Shown here: one piece after another, positions 1 to 10,268 of the stretch
How the letters are laid out: every line of letters starts with the position of its first letter
Position numbering within the stretch: position 1 is the first letter of the stretch
Source: an uncultured Candidatus Binatia bacterium
GTDB lineage: Bacteria; Desulfobacterota; Binatia; Bin18
Direction: 5' to 3'
DNA: 64,000 bases
Assembly (NCBI GenBank): GCA_965200965.1
Contig: OZ241744.1
Span: 2,912,001-2,976,000 of the forward strand
The notes under the pieces: generated by a model
Databases searched by the model: none
Told to the model about the DNA's origin: nothing
The model's input: the letters and a program-made list of their open reading frames with translations, nothing else
Made by a program: the position numbers and the translations under genes

Positions 1-1
1 G

Positions 2-976
2 GTCGCTGACCTTGTTGCGGGTGACCTCGGCCGGGTCAAGCAGCCGGCAGTTGGCCGGGTAGAGTCCGGCCTGGCTGAGCGCCTGCACCGCGGCCACGCC
101 GGACTCGAACTGCTCAAAATGCACGCCGGCAGAGGCGCGGTAGACGGGCCGGTCCTGAAGACGCATCCACGCCTCGGTGATAATGCCCAGAATCCCTTCT
201 GAGCCGATAAACATACGGTCCGGGCTTGGGCCGGCCCCGGAGCCAGGCAGCCGCCGCGATTCGAGCGTGCCGCGCGGCGTCACCACCCGCAGGGATTCGA
301 CAAAGTCGTCAATATGGGTGTACAGGGTGGCAAAGTGGCCGCCTGAGCGGGTCGCGATCCAGCCGCCGAGGCTGGAAAACTCGAACGACTGCGGATAGTG
401 GCGCAGGGTATAGCCGTGCGGCCGCAGCTGGTTCTCGAGCGCCGGTCCATAGACACCAGCCTGGATGCGGGCGGCCCGGGAACTGGTGTCGATGTCCAGC
501 ACCCTGTTGAGGTGCCGCAGGTCTATCGAGACGCTGGCCGGGCAGGTATCGCTGGGCGGCGGCTCAACCCCACCGGCGACGCTTGACCCTCCGCCGAATG
601 GAATCGCGGCCGCTCCGACCTGATAACACCAGTCAAGGACCGCAACAAGGTCGCGCTCAGTTGTGGGGAAGGCGACAACATCGGGCGGGTTGGGAAACTC
701 GGCGCGGACGGCCCGCAACAGATCTGGGCAGGCTTTTCCGTAGGAGTGGGCCGCCCGGTCGTAGGGTGTGGCGGAACATATGGCCTGCAAAGAAGCCGGC
801 GGTGTGATGCGCGGCCGGCGGAGTTCCAGGTCTTCGACCCTGGGCAGGGGACGCAGATCGATATCTGTTTTGCCCAGACTGGTGGCCAGGGCCTTGGCAA
901 TGGCGTGCTGCTGGTCCGGCGTTGGCTGCTCATCCTCATAGCCCCAGCCCCAAATTGCTGTACGACGGTGTGACAT
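2..976 (-). CDS. FAD-binding oxidoreductase, alkylglycerone-phosphate synthase-like (3' end runs off the window)
   Basis: Manual translation (absent from the ORF track because there is no stop): MSHRRTAIWGWGYEDEQ...PDVVAFP...IPFGGGSSVAGGVEP...LRHYPQSFEFSSLGGWIATRSGGHFAT...GPSPDRMFIGSEGILGIITEA. Confidence 0.85.
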   Translation of the reverse strand, partial: MSHRRTAIWGWGYEDEQPTPDQQHAIAKALATSLGKTDIDLRPLPRVEDLELRRPRITPPASLQAICSATPYDRAAHSYGKACPDLLRAVRAEFPNPPDVVAFPTTERDLVAVLDWCYQVGAAAIPFGGGSSVAGGVEPPPSDTCPASVSIDLRHLNRVLDIDTSSRAARIQAGVYGPALENQLRPHGYTLRHYPQSFEFSSLGGWIATRSGGHFATLYTHIDDFVESLRVVTPRGTLESRRLPGSGAGPSPDRMFIGSEGILGIITEAWMRLQDRPVYRASAGVHFEQFESGVAAVQALSQAGLYPANCRLLDPAEVTRNKVSD

Positions 977-2618
977 AGCTGGATTCCTCTTGTTCGGCCT
1001 GGTAGCGCCCAAACGGCGGGGTATCAATGGTTGTTTGCATCTCGATCAGGTGCATGTCGCCATGACGGAGCGCTTGTTCCAGGGCCTCGGCCAGACCCTC
1101 GGGCGAGGTGACTCGGCTGGCGGCTACGCCAAAGGCCCTGGCAAAGGCCAGAAAATCCGGGTTGGTCAAGCGGGCCTGGTACTCCTCTCGATAGGCCACT
1201 CGTTGCAAATAGCCGATCACTCCATAGGCGTTGTCATTGACCACAATCAGCGGAAAGCCGATCTGATGCTGCACACAGGTGGCGAGCTCCTGGGCGGTGT
1301 ATAACAAGCCACCGTCACCAATGATGGCGACGACCGGTTTGTCGGGACAGGCGAGCTTGACGCCGACTGCGGCTGGAAAGCTGAAGCCTAAGAGTCCCGA
1401 GCCCTTGGCTCCGACCAGGCCGTTTGGTCGATAGGAGGGGTAAAAATACTCGGCCCAGTAGGCGAGCTGCGTGTTGTCAATAACCAGCGCGCTGTCCCGA
1501 ACCAGGCCCTGGCGGATCGTTTTGAGATAGCGCACGGCGGGCAGATCGCTTTCGAGTCGGGCTTGGGCCTCATCCGCCTGTTGCCGCCAGGCTTTGACCC
1601 GTTCCTGGCGGGGACCGGTGTATGGCTCGCCTTCCAATTGGCCGCTGAGCGCACGCGCAATTGCCGGCACATCGCCAATCAGCGGAAGCGGAGTCGGGTA
1701 ATTTCTGCCGATCCAGCGTTCGTCCCAGTCCACATGAATGAGTTGCTCGGGCAGCGTCAGCCCGCGACGCTTGGCATCGACCTCCCGCAGCCGGGTTCCA
1801 ATCGCCAGGGCCACATCGCAGTGCGGTATTACCTCGTGGACGGCCAGTCGGCGGGCGGCGTTGCCCAGAGACAGGGGGTGATCTTCGGCAATCACCCCTT
1901 TGCCCGGGGTGCTGGTCAGCACCGGGGCGCACAAGGCTTGCGCGAGCGCGGTCACCTCGGCCGCCAGCCCGGCGCGGACCGCGTCGGTGCCGGCCAGCAG
2001 GACCGGCTGTCTGGCCCGGCGCAGGAGGGCAACGGCTTCGTCAAGCTGGCATGGCAGTGGCGGGGGCGTTGGGGGGTCGGGAGCGGCTGGCGACACGGCC
2101 GCGTGGGTCGCTTCGCCGGCCAGGATATCGGTCGGGATTTCTACACATACCGGGCCGGGCCGGCCGCTGGTGGCGAGTTGAATCGCCTGTGTCGTGAGCG
2201 CCCGTAGATCATCCCCGACGCGGGGCGTAAAGGTCGCTTTGGTGATGGTGCGGAACAGCGCGGTTTGTTCCTCGAGTTCGTGCAGGCTGCCCAAACCCTG
2301 GCCGATCTTGGCGGCGTCGATATTTGTCGTCAGCATCAGGACCGGCGAACAACTGCCCCAGGCTTCCTGTAGTGCCGAAATGGTAAAACCGGCCCCCGGC
2401 CCGGTGGATGAAATAAGAACGCCAAGACCCTTGAGTCGCGCATAGCCGTCGGCCATATGGGTCGCCCCGGCCTCGTGCCGGCAGACGATATGCCGGATGG
2501 ACGGCTGGCGACGCAGGGCGTCATAGAGCGCGATATTGTGAATGCTGGGGATGCCGAAGATGGTATCGACCCCGGCGTCTTTCAGCGCCCCGACAACCCC
2601 GTCTGCTCCGCGTGGCAC
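936..2618 (-). CDS. Thiamine pyrophosphate-binding protein (acetolactate synthase-like)
   Basis: FGIPSIHN, RHEAGATHMADGYAR, TGPG and GDGG-x24-NDN TPP motif; GTG start at 2618 after a GGAG-rich RBS. Confidence 0.9.
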   Translation of the reverse strand: MPRGADGVVGALKDAGVDTIFGIPSIHNIALYDALRRQPSIRHIVCRHEAGATHMADGYARLKGLGVLISSTGPGAGFTISALQEAWGSCSPVLMLTTNIDAAKIGQGLGSLHELEEQTALFRTITKATFTPRVGDDLRALTTQAIQLATSGRPGPVCVEIPTDILAGEATHAAVSPAAPDPPTPPPLPCQLDEAVALLRRARQPVLLAGTDAVRAGLAAEVTALAQALCAPVLTSTPGKGVIAEDHPLSLGNAARRLAVHEVIPHCDVALAIGTRLREVDAKRRGLTLPEQLIHVDWDERWIGRNYPTPLPLIGDVPAIARALSGQLEGEPYTGPRQERVKAWRQQADEAQARLESDLPAVRYLKTIRQGLVRDSALVIDNTQLAYWAEYFYPSYRPNGLVGAKGSGLLGFSFPAAVGVKLACPDKPVVAIIGDGGLLYTAQELATCVQHQIGFPLIVVNDNAYGVIGYLQRVAYREEYQARLTNPDFLAFARAFGVAASRVTSPEGLAEALEQALRHGDMHLIEMQTTIDTPPFGRYQAEQEESSYVTPSYSNLGLGL

Positions 2619-2727
2619 ATCCGCTCCCTTCTCCTTGCCCGCCAGACCATAGCACACCGACCCGGCCCGGCAAAGCCGGCCGCTTGATCTTGACAGAAAG
2701 CACACCTGCGGAGCATATTGACCCGCG

Positions 2728-2946
2728 GTGAGCGATTGTGACTGGGACGAGGAGAAGAATGCGTTTCTCAAGAGTGTCCGAGGGGTCGGCTTTGAAGATG
2801 TCATCTTTCATATTCAGAACGGGGCAGCCGCTTTTGCTCTGCTTCGTTCTTGCTCCGTTCACTCCTGGATTGAGCCTGCTCGGTTTCTTCTTTGTGGATG
2901 TTATCTACTATCCCCACCACCATCGTGGGCCCGGAACGATGTCTGA
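2728..2946 (+). pseudogene. BrnT-like toxin N-terminal remnant
   Basis: First 32 codons (DWDEEKNAFLKSVRGVGFEDVIFHIQNG) resemble the BrnT start; similarity is lost after about 2823 and no antitoxin follows. Confidence 0.6.
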
Positions 2947-3192
2947 TATGCCATTGCACCCAGCTACGAAAACCGGAGAAAAGATCAAACTGAATACGCC
3001 TCATGTCACCTTCCTTACCAAGTCCTTGCTGGTCGCATCCCGGCCAGTATTGCGCTCACTCCCTGGTCTGGCGGTCCCACCGTCTCCAATGTCTTGAACG
3101 AAGTCGCCGGCTTGCCCTTTGCCCCGTGCCGCTCTATGGTAGGCCGCAGCTGGGGGAGAGCGAGCCGAAGACCACACACAGGAGGAAATCGT

Positions 3193-3480
3193 ATGCCGCT
3201 GTATCTCGATGAAATCTACTGGAATCCAGATCGCACCAACGAGGTGAAGGCGATGTTCAAGGGCGTACTCGACGGGACAACGGGGTTTCCCGAAGGGGTC
3301 AGCCTCAAAGCCGGTCCGTGGGCTTCCAACGAAGAGCCGAAAATGGTTCTCGTCCTTGACATCAAGGACCACGCCAAGACCTTTGAGACCTTTCAGGGAC
3401 TTGTAGCCAAGGGCGTGATTGCCAAGCGCCGGCTGACCCCGATTGTTGAATGGGCGTCAATGGATGGGGTGTCGGGCTGA
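3193..3480 (+). CDS. Small hypothetical protein (DUF3303-like)
   Basis: 95 aa ORF with strong AGGAGG RBS; FPEGV..GPW...LTPIV pattern. Confidence 0.6.
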   Translation: MPLYLDEIYWNPDRTNEVKAMFKGVLDGTTGFPEGVSLKAGPWASNEEPKMVLVLDIKDHAKTFETFQGLVAKGVIAKRRLTPIVEWASMDGVSG

Positions 3481-3507
3481 CCCGTTTGTCTTTGCTTATC
3501 TGATGCC

Positions 3508-4062
3508 ATGCCGCTCTCTCCCAGCCCGCTTGCCGTGACCGTGTACTGCTCCTCAAGTCGGCAGCTGTCCGCGGTGTACACCGCCCAAGCCGACGTATTG
3601 GGGCGGCTGATCGCCCGGCGTGGTTACACCCTGGTGTACGGCGGCGGCAATATCGGCCTGATGGGCGCGTTGTCCAGCGCTGCGCTGGCCGAGGGCGGTC
3701 GGGTCAAGGGGGTGATTCTCAAAGACTTCCTTGACCGGGGTTACGCCCAGGGCGGCCACGAGATGCGCGTTGTCACCGACATGCGCGCCCGCAAACAGGG
3801 CCTGGAAGAGTTGGGCGATGCTTATATTGTTCTGCCCGGAGGCTTCGGTACGGTTGAAGAAGTCTCCGAGATCATGGCCTTAAAGCAGTTGGGCTTTCAT
3901 GCCAAGCCGGTCGTTTTTGTGAACATCAATCACTTCTTCACCCCGCTGCTGACCTTCTTTGACCGGGCTTTTGCAGAGGCGTTCATCCACGAACGGTTCC
4001 GCGGGGTGTACGGCGTGGTGGATACCCCCCAGGCCGCTCTCGAGCTGATCGAAACAGCCTGA
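3508..4062 (+). CDS. LOG family Rossmann-fold nucleotide phosphoribohydrolase
   Basis: VYCSSS, LVYGGGNIGLMG, RK, PGGFGTVEE motifs. Confidence 0.9.
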   Translation: MPLSPSPLAVTVYCSSSRQLSAVYTAQADVLGRLIARRGYTLVYGGGNIGLMGALSSAALAEGGRVKGVILKDFLDRGYAQGGHEMRVVTDMRARKQGLEELGDAYIVLPGGFGTVEEVSEIMALKQLGFHAKPVVFVNINHFFTPLLTFFDRAFAEAFIHERFRGVYGVVDTPQAALELIETA

Positions 4063-4159
4063 GCAGGTGGCTTGTCACCACCGGGTCAGGAGGAGAGGAC
4101 GCACTGCTCCGGCATGAAGATGAATCGTCGGTGTCGGGGTTTTGCAATCAGAGGTTTTT

Positions 4160-5131
4160 ATGCCAATCCCTGCTTTTGCCTCACGCGCGTGCCACACGGC
4201 TGGCCGGCTCCGCCGGGTGCGCATTGAGCGCGTGCAGATCAACCTGGGCAAACGCTGTAACCAGGCGTGCCGGCACTGTCACGTTGACGCCGGTCCCAAG
4301 CGGACCGAGATCATGGACCGCTCAATGATCGACCTGGCGCTTGACCTGGTTCGCGCGGCCGGTGCCCACACGGTCGATATGACGGGCGGCGCACCAGAAC
4401 TCAACCCGTCTTTTCGGTATGCCGTGAAAACCCTGCGTAGCGCCGGCCGTCAGGTCATTGACCGCTGTAATCTCACCGTCCTGTTCGAGCCTGGGCAAGA
4501 AGACCTGGCCGAGTTTCTCGCCCTGATGGGGGTAGAGATCATCGCCAGCCTGCCGTGTTACTCTGAGGAGAACGTCACTAGGCAGCGCGGTCAGGGGGTG
4601 TACGACAAGTCAATGCAAGCCCTGCGGACCCTCAACGCCCTGGGCTACGGTCAAGACGGCTCGGGGCTGACCCTGAATCTTGTCTACAACCCGGTCGGGC
4701 CTCAGCTGCCCCCCTCGCAACAGCAGTTGGAAGCAGACTACAAGCGTGAGCTGGGGGCGCGCTTCGGTCTGGTGTTCAACCATCTGTACACCCTCACGAA
4801 TATGCCGATTGCCCGCTTTGCCCACAGCCTGGAGCGTGAGGGTCAGTTCGACGCCTATATGCAGCTGCTGGCCGATGCCTTCAACCCGGCCACGCTGGAG
4901 GGCCTGATGTGTCGCTCTCAGGTGAGTGTGTCCTGGGACGGCTTTGTGTACGACTGCGACTTCAACCAGATGCTGAACCTCACCCTTGGCCACACTGTGC
5001 CTCTGCGCTTGGGAGATCAGCCGACCGACAGACTCGTCCGGGCGCTGGAACAGCGCGCCATTGCAGTCGGCTCGCACTGTTACGGCTGTACGGCAGGCGC
5101 GGGGAGTTCGTGCGGTGGTGCTCTGTCCTAG
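4160..5131 (+). CDS. Radical SAM / Cys-rich protein, ArsS-like
   Basis: CNQACRHC, DMTGGAPE, ASLPCY, YDCDFNQML, C-terminal HCYGCTAGAGSSCGG. Confidence 0.85.
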   Translation: MPIPAFASRACHTAGRLRRVRIERVQINLGKRCNQACRHCHVDAGPKRTEIMDRSMIDLALDLVRAAGAHTVDMTGGAPELNPSFRYAVKTLRSAGRQVIDRCNLTVLFEPGQEDLAEFLALMGVEIIASLPCYSEENVTRQRGQGVYDKSMQALRTLNALGYGQDGSGLTLNLVYNPVGPQLPPSQQQLEADYKRELGARFGLVFNHLYTLTNMPIARFAHSLEREGQFDAYMQLLADAFNPATLEGLMCRSQVSVSWDGFVYDCDFNQMLNLTLGHTVPLRLGDQPTDRLVRALEQRAIAVGSHCYGCTAGAGSSCGGALS

Positions 5132-5155
5132 GGCTTTGAGACAAAGGAGACGACG

Positions 5156-6217
5156 ATGGATTTCGGGGTGATCTTTCTCTCCCACGTTGACAGCTACAAG
5201 GACGTGGCGCTGGCCGAACGCCAGGGCTTCAGCCACGCCTGGTTTGGCGACTCGCAGATGGTGTGGGCCGATGTCTACCAGTGCATGGCCCTGTGTGCGG
5301 CCAACACAACGACGATCAAACTGGGCACCAACGTCACCAATCCCAGCTCGCGCATTGCTCCGGTCACGGCCGGGAGTTTTGCCACCCTCAACGCACTTGC
5401 CCCGGGCCGGGTCATTCTGGGCATCGGCACCGGCAACACCTCGAGGCGGACACTCGGAATGCCGGCGGCCAGGCGTGCCGAGCTACGCAGCCATATTGAG
5501 GTGTGCCGCGGCCTGCTGAGTGGAGCGACCGTCCCCTATCAGGAGGGCGAGCGGCGGCGTATGATCCGCTTCCTCAATCCCGACGACGGGTTCATCAACC
5601 TGAGCGATCCCATCCCGGTCTATGTGGCCGGCAGTGGACCCAAGACGCTGGAGTTGGCCGGAGAAATCGGCGATGGGGTGATCCTGTTTGGGACGGTTGG
5701 CGACAGTCTGCTCAAATACACCCTGAGCCATGTCCGGCGCGGAGCCGAACGGGCCGGCAAGCGGCTGGAGGACTTGTACATCCTGGTCCTCACCGCCCTG
5801 CACTTTACCACACCCGGAGAGAGCCTCGCCGACCTCCAGCGGGCGGTAGGGCCGCTCGTCGTCTCAGAGTGCAACATCTTTGCCCTGTCGGTGAGCGATC
5901 CCTATCAACTGCCGGGTGACATTCGTGACGAGTTGATGGGCTTTCGAGACGCCTACCGCACGCCGACCGCTCCAATCGAGACCCGCCACCTCGAGCTGTA
6001 CACCGGCTATTGTGCCGAGTTCAAACCCGAGCACACGCCGCTGGTGACAGAGCGGATGATCAAGGAGACCACCCTGACCGGGACACCCGAGGAGATTCGG
6101 GAGCGCATCCGCACCATGCAAGCGTTGGGCGTGAAGCAGGTAGCGGTGGCGGCCCAAGTCCCCGAGATGACTGCCTTTGCCACCCACGTCATGCACTATT
6201 CCGCCTGGCCCGGCTGA
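5156..6217 (+). CDS. LLM class flavin-dependent oxidoreductase
   Basis: GFSHAWFGDS, LGTNVTNP, GRVILGIGTG, YVAGSGPKTLELAGEIGDG. Confidence 0.9.
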   Translation: MDFGVIFLSHVDSYKDVALAERQGFSHAWFGDSQMVWADVYQCMALCAANTTTIKLGTNVTNPSSRIAPVTAGSFATLNALAPGRVILGIGTGNTSRRTLGMPAARRAELRSHIEVCRGLLSGATVPYQEGERRRMIRFLNPDDGFINLSDPIPVYVAGSGPKTLELAGEIGDGVILFGTVGDSLLKYTLSHVRRGAERAGKRLEDLYILVLTALHFTTPGESLADLQRAVGPLVVSECNIFALSVSDPYQLPGDIRDELMGFRDAYRTPTAPIETRHLELYTGYCAEFKPEHTPLVTERMIKETTLTGTPEEIRERIRTMQALGVKQVAVAAQVPEMTAFATHVMHYSAWPG

Positions 6218-6243
6218 GGCAAGGCGGATTATGTGTCCGGCCT

Positions 6244-6743
6244 TCACCTGACCCCATCAATAACGAAGTTCTGTGAACTTTCCTGCCAGCGGATAGAGGT
6301 TTCTCGGCCAACCCGGGGGAAGTCCGGCAACGTATAGGAACCTTGGAGGCCACGGACAAACTCCCCAAGCCCAAGCGTAGATACCGTAAACCGTGAAGAC
6401 CTGGTGAGGACCCCGTCTACATATAAGCGGATGGTATGCCCGCCGGTCCCAAACAGGTTCCAGTTGATGAGCAGTCCAAAGCCGTTGTTTGTATCTCCAC
6501 ACACCGCCCGGGTATCACCCCGAGGCGTTCCATACGCCATCCGCATCCTTGGATGAGTATCGACTTGCACCTCTACCGTCCTGGCAGAACAGACCCAGCC
6601 TGAGATGACCCCTATCCCGCTCTTGTCGGATTCCAGTAAACTGGCCGTCCATTATCGGTTCTCGAGCGTACAAACGCCGCACTGACCCCGACCGTTGCAA
6701 TCAGGATGCACCCGACTCCCGCCATCAGGAGGCACCTAGTCAT
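6244..6743 (-). pseudogene. Secreted protein gene broken by an out-of-frame internal deletion
   Basis: ATG at 6743 overlaps the upstream stop and gives signal peptide MTRCLLMAGVGCILIATVGVSAAFVRSRTDNGRPVYWNPTRAG* (stop 6612). A C-terminal domain DKSGIGVISGWVCSA...GDTNNGFGLLINWNL...WQESSQNFVI continues in another frame. Confidence 0.6.
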
Positions 6744-7329
6744 GGGCCGCCTCCTGTTCAACGGCTGCCGCAAAGTCGTCCAGGGTCATGGGCGATGCGG
6801 CCGCTTGGCGCAATGCCTGAACCGACGGGCCGGCGTGCAGGAACTCGCCCTCACTGCCGGGCAGGCTGGTCAGGGGCTGCATGTCGTGCGTGTACACGGT
6901 TTCCGTGTCACTGGCCGGGTCCGGGACAACCCGGAACACGCCCTGCCACAGGCCCACGAAGGGAATGGCATAGTGGTGGTTGCCAGTAACAAACAGGATC
7001 GACCGCTCGCCGAGGGAAAAGGCGGGGACCCCGGCTATCTGGAGTGAGGTTCCGTCCGGTGCTGGGCCGCCCAACAAGCGGATGGTCAGGGTGGGGTGGC
7101 TGTGGCTTCCTTTGAGCACGTCCAGGTCCGTGAAGGTCACCAGGGTATACGGGGTTTCTGTGGCCTCGTTCCACGCCGCTTCAATAGCCTGCGCCGTGCC
7201 CACGACTACCAGGGCGGCCTCGTGGACCAGGGCGGGAAATGCGGTCGACAACACCGTCGTTGCGTGAGCACTTGTGGCGAATGGGGAAAGCAGGGCCCAT
7301 GCTCCTATGCAGATTCTCAGCAGTTTCAT
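6736..7329 (-). CDS. Secreted hypothetical protein
   Basis: Signal peptide MKLLRICIGAWALLSPFATSAHA; VVVGT..TFTDLDVLKG..LLGG..GVPAFSLGE..G.WQG.F pattern; GGAGAGGAAGG RBS. Confidence 0.7.
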   Translation of the reverse strand: MKLLRICIGAWALLSPFATSAHATTVLSTAFPALVHEAALVVVGTAQAIEAAWNEATETPYTLVTFTDLDVLKGSHSHPTLTIRLLGGPAPDGTSLQIAGVPAFSLGERSILFVTGNHHYAIPFVGLWQGVFRVVPDPASDTETVYTHDMQPLTSLPGSEGEFLHAGPSVQALRQAAASPMTLDDFAAAVEQEAAHD

Positions 7330-7703
7330 CCCGTCACACCTTCCTCTCCTGAGACAGTGCCGGTGTTCTCCGGCACCGGGAAATCCGGAATCTTCCCTGT
7401 CATGGCGTACCGCTCCATTCCCAGCCTCATCATTGTAGGGTGCAATCACACGCTTGCACGCACGGCGACCGACACGGCGGTGTGCCGGGCCATTGCAAAC
7501 ATCTCTTTTGGGAAAGGGATAGTCCCCGCCTGTTCACCCAGGCTCAGGGAGCTACCCTTCGCCGGGCTCTGAGGCTGTTCTATTCAGCGGGTAGCCCGAC
7601 GTGAGTCGGGATTCCCAAAAGAATGTTTGCGGGTGGGATAATACGACGGAGGAAGGGGGGTGAGTCAAGTTTTGGGACGGAACGGCTCTGGAGGCGGACG
7701 AAA

Positions 7704-9563
7704 TCACAATTTCGACTCCCGCCCTCCCCGATAGAAGAACACCAGGGTACACACCACCGCCCCCAGGGTCAGCAGGGTCAGCAGCCCATCGGGCAGCCCG
7801 AGCGACAGCCGGGCAACCCCGATACTCGCCAGCAGGGCCAGCCCAACCCCCATCAGGGCCTCACCGGCAATAGCCCCGGAAGCCAGGAGCACGCCGGGCT
7901 GGACTTGAGGTGACTGCCCGGCGGTCCTGCTGCTGAGCAAGAAGGCCACAATCCCGCCGAGCAGGATCGGGACCGACAGGCCGAACGGCAGATACATGCC
8001 GACAGCGATGGGCATCAGGTGGGCACGAAACGGTGTGCCCCGCAACAACCGGTCTATGAGCAGAATACAGACGCCGAGGCCCGCGCCGAGGCCGACCAGC
8101 GACCACGGCAGCTGGCCGTTGCCAAAAAAGCCACGGACCAGGCTGGCAAACAGTTGCGCTTGCGGAGCGGCCAGCTCTTTGCCGCCAATGCCGCCCGGGG
8201 TGTGGTCGTGCAGGAGTTGTAACACCGGGACCATGACCAGCGCGGCAACCGCCACCCCGGCAATCTGCATGACTTGCTGACGCCACGGTGTCGCCCCCAC
8301 CAGTTGACCCGTCTTCAGGTCATTACACACGTCACCGGCCGTACACGCCGTGCAACACACAATCGCCGCTACGCCCAGGGTGGCCACCATGCCGGTCGGG
8401 CCGCTGAAGCCAAACAGCAACAGCAGCCCGCCGGTACACAGCACCGCGGTAATCGTCATGCCCGAAACCGGGCTGTTCGAGTTGCCGACCAGCCCCACAA
8501 TATAGCTCGCCACCGCGGTGAAGAAGAAGGCCATGACCAGCATAATCAGCGTGGTCAGCAGGCTGACGCCGGGCCGCTGGGTCAGGACGGCGTACAGCCC
8601 GCCGATGAGTGCGACACACCCGAGGCTGAGGGTGATGATCGTGCCAAAGGAAAGGTCGCGGGCTGTCGCCGCAGGGGCCGCGTCCGTCCGAGCGGTCTGT
8701 CCGTCGGTCCCGAACAGCACATGCACGGCCTGGACAAGCCCGTGTCGAACCTGGACGATGGCCGCCAGGCCACCGACCACCATCGCTCCCACACCGATAT
8801 AGCGGACCTGACTTGACCAGATCGCATACGCGCCCTCAAGCGGATTGTTGAGCAGCGGTGGCGACGCGCCCAGCAGCGGCAGGATCACCAGCCAGCCGAG
8901 GGCACCGCCCAGGAAGATGAGCAGGGCGATATTGAGTTGGACAATCATTCCAACGCCCAGCAGGGCGACCGAAATATCCCCCCCCAGATAGAAAATCCGG
9001 TGTCCCAGCACGACCGCCCCTTCCAGACTGCCTTTGAGCAGTCCGACAAAGCCGATCAGCAGTTTGCACCCAAAGCCGAACACCGCCCCGTGCAGGACCG
9101 CCCGGGCGTCGGCCGCGCCGGCGTGGGTCTGCTGCCCGGCTCGCAGGACGGCCGCACAGGCCACGCCTTCGGGAAACGTCAGGGTCGGGTTGGGGGGCAC
9201 GACAAAGACGCGCCGGAGCGGAATCATCAGCAGCACGCCCAACAGTCCGCCGCTCAAGGCGATCAGCGTCGTGAGGACAAGGTCAAAGCGCTGCCACACC
9301 CCGATAAGGACCAGGGCGGGTATGGTAAAGATAATACCGGCGGCCAGCGACTCACCGGCTGAGGCGGCCGTTTGGGCTTGGTTGGCTTCGAGAATCGTCC
9401 CGCCGCGCATCACGATCCGCAGGAGCAGCATGGCCAAGACCGCAGCCGGAATGGAAGCTGAGACGGTCATGCCGACTTTCAGCCCCAGGTACACATTGGC
9501 CGCGCCCATGACGCCCGATAAGACCAGGCCGAGGAGGACGGTCCGGGGGGTCAGTTCAGACAT
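7704..9563 (-). CDS. Oligopeptide transporter, OPT family
   Basis: ELTPR..N.YLGLKVGMTVSASIPAAV, QTAASAGES, FPEGVACA, NSPVSGMTI, DLKTG, APQA. Confidence 0.92.
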   Translation of the reverse strand: MSELTPRTVLLGLVLSGVMGAANVYLGLKVGMTVSASIPAAVLAMLLLRIVMRGGTILEANQAQTAASAGESLAAGIIFTIPALVLIGVWQRFDLVLTTLIALSGGLLGVLLMIPLRRVFVVPPNPTLTFPEGVACAAVLRAGQQTHAGAADARAVLHGAVFGFGCKLLIGFVGLLKGSLEGAVVLGHRIFYLGGDISVALLGVGMIVQLNIALLIFLGGALGWLVILPLLGASPPLLNNPLEGAYAIWSSQVRYIGVGAMVVGGLAAIVQVRHGLVQAVHVLFGTDGQTARTDAAPAATARDLSFGTIITLSLGCVALIGGLYAVLTQRPGVSLLTTLIMLVMAFFFTAVASYIVGLVGNSNSPVSGMTITAVLCTGGLLLLFGFSGPTGMVATLGVAAIVCCTACTAGDVCNDLKTGQLVGATPWRQQVMQIAGVAVAALVMVPVLQLLHDHTPGGIGGKELAAPQAQLFASLVRGFFGNGQLPWSLVGLGAGLGVCILLIDRLLRGTPFRAHLMPIAVGMYLPFGLSVPILLGGIVAFLLSSRTAGQSPQVQPGVLLASGAIAGEALMGVGLALLASIGVARLSLGLPDGLLTLLTLGAVVCTLVFFYRGGRESKL

Positions 9564-9892
9564 GGCGGGTGCTTGCATACGCGCTCCGACGCTCTCCGAA
9601 TCATGGGCCCGCGGCCCGTTTTTGCAGGACAAAGCGAATCGTTTGAATGCTCACCTCGGCCCGGGCGGTCCGAAATTACGACCGCGCACCGGGACGGCGA
9701 CAAGCCGGCCGGAAAATCCGACGACATGGACGCAAAATCGAGAAAAAAGCTGAGCGGCAGGCGAGCGGTGTCGGTCTGGGTGTGAACCAGTTCCAGGCCG
9801 GCCAGCCGGCCAAAGATCGGCCAGCGTTCGGTGAGCCGCTGGTAAGCGCGGACGCGCTCCTGCCAGGAGTCGATAATCTGTTGCTCTTCCAT
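9551..9892 (-). CDS. Hypothetical protein
   Basis: ATG coupled to the upstream stop (TGATG at 9890-9894); no recognised motif. Confidence 0.4.
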   Translation of the reverse strand: MEEQQIIDSWQERVRAYQRLTERWPIFGRLAGLELVHTQTDTARLPLSFFLDFASMSSDFPAGLSPSRCAVVISDRPGRGEHSNDSLCPAKTGRGPMIRRASERVCKHPPCLN

Positions 9893-10206
9893 CACGGTAT
9901 GAAGACACAATCTATGCCGTCCAGGAGCATATGGATCAAGAGACCAAGGCCGGCGATCCGCGTGGCCGGGATGAGCGTCAGGAGGCAGTAGGCGACAATC
10001 GCCGGGCCCGAGTGCAGCGGATGAAAGCCAATCCCGCAGCGGTCCGGGTCGTAGACCGGCGTGGCCAGGAGATGGTCAAGGTCAACGGCCATAGTCAGCA
10101 GCATGATCAGCCAGGCCCTCTGCCAGCGGGAGGGAAACACCAGACGGGCGACCAGCCCGGGTACCAGCAGGTGGAGGATGAGGTGAAAGACCGGGCGAGT
10201 CATCAT
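9892..10206 (-). CDS. DUF6122-like membrane protein
   Basis: H..LH.LVP, TMAVDLDHLLATPVYDPDRCGIGFHPLHS, HMLLDGIDC. Confidence 0.8.
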   Translation of the reverse strand: MMTRPVFHLILHLLVPGLVARLVFPSRWQRAWLIMLLTMAVDLDHLLATPVYDPDRCGIGFHPLHSGPAIVAYCLLTLIPATRIAGLGLLIHMLLDGIDCVFIP

Positions 10207-10268
10207 TATGGGTGGTATCAGAGCCCGCGCCCCCGGCCAAGCGCGGCGGCGTGTGATATGCTCGTCCT

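Noticed and set aside
3508-4062. LOG gene as part of the TIR-SLOG system
   Set aside because: Housekeeping-type LOG, 32 kb away, host-like GC
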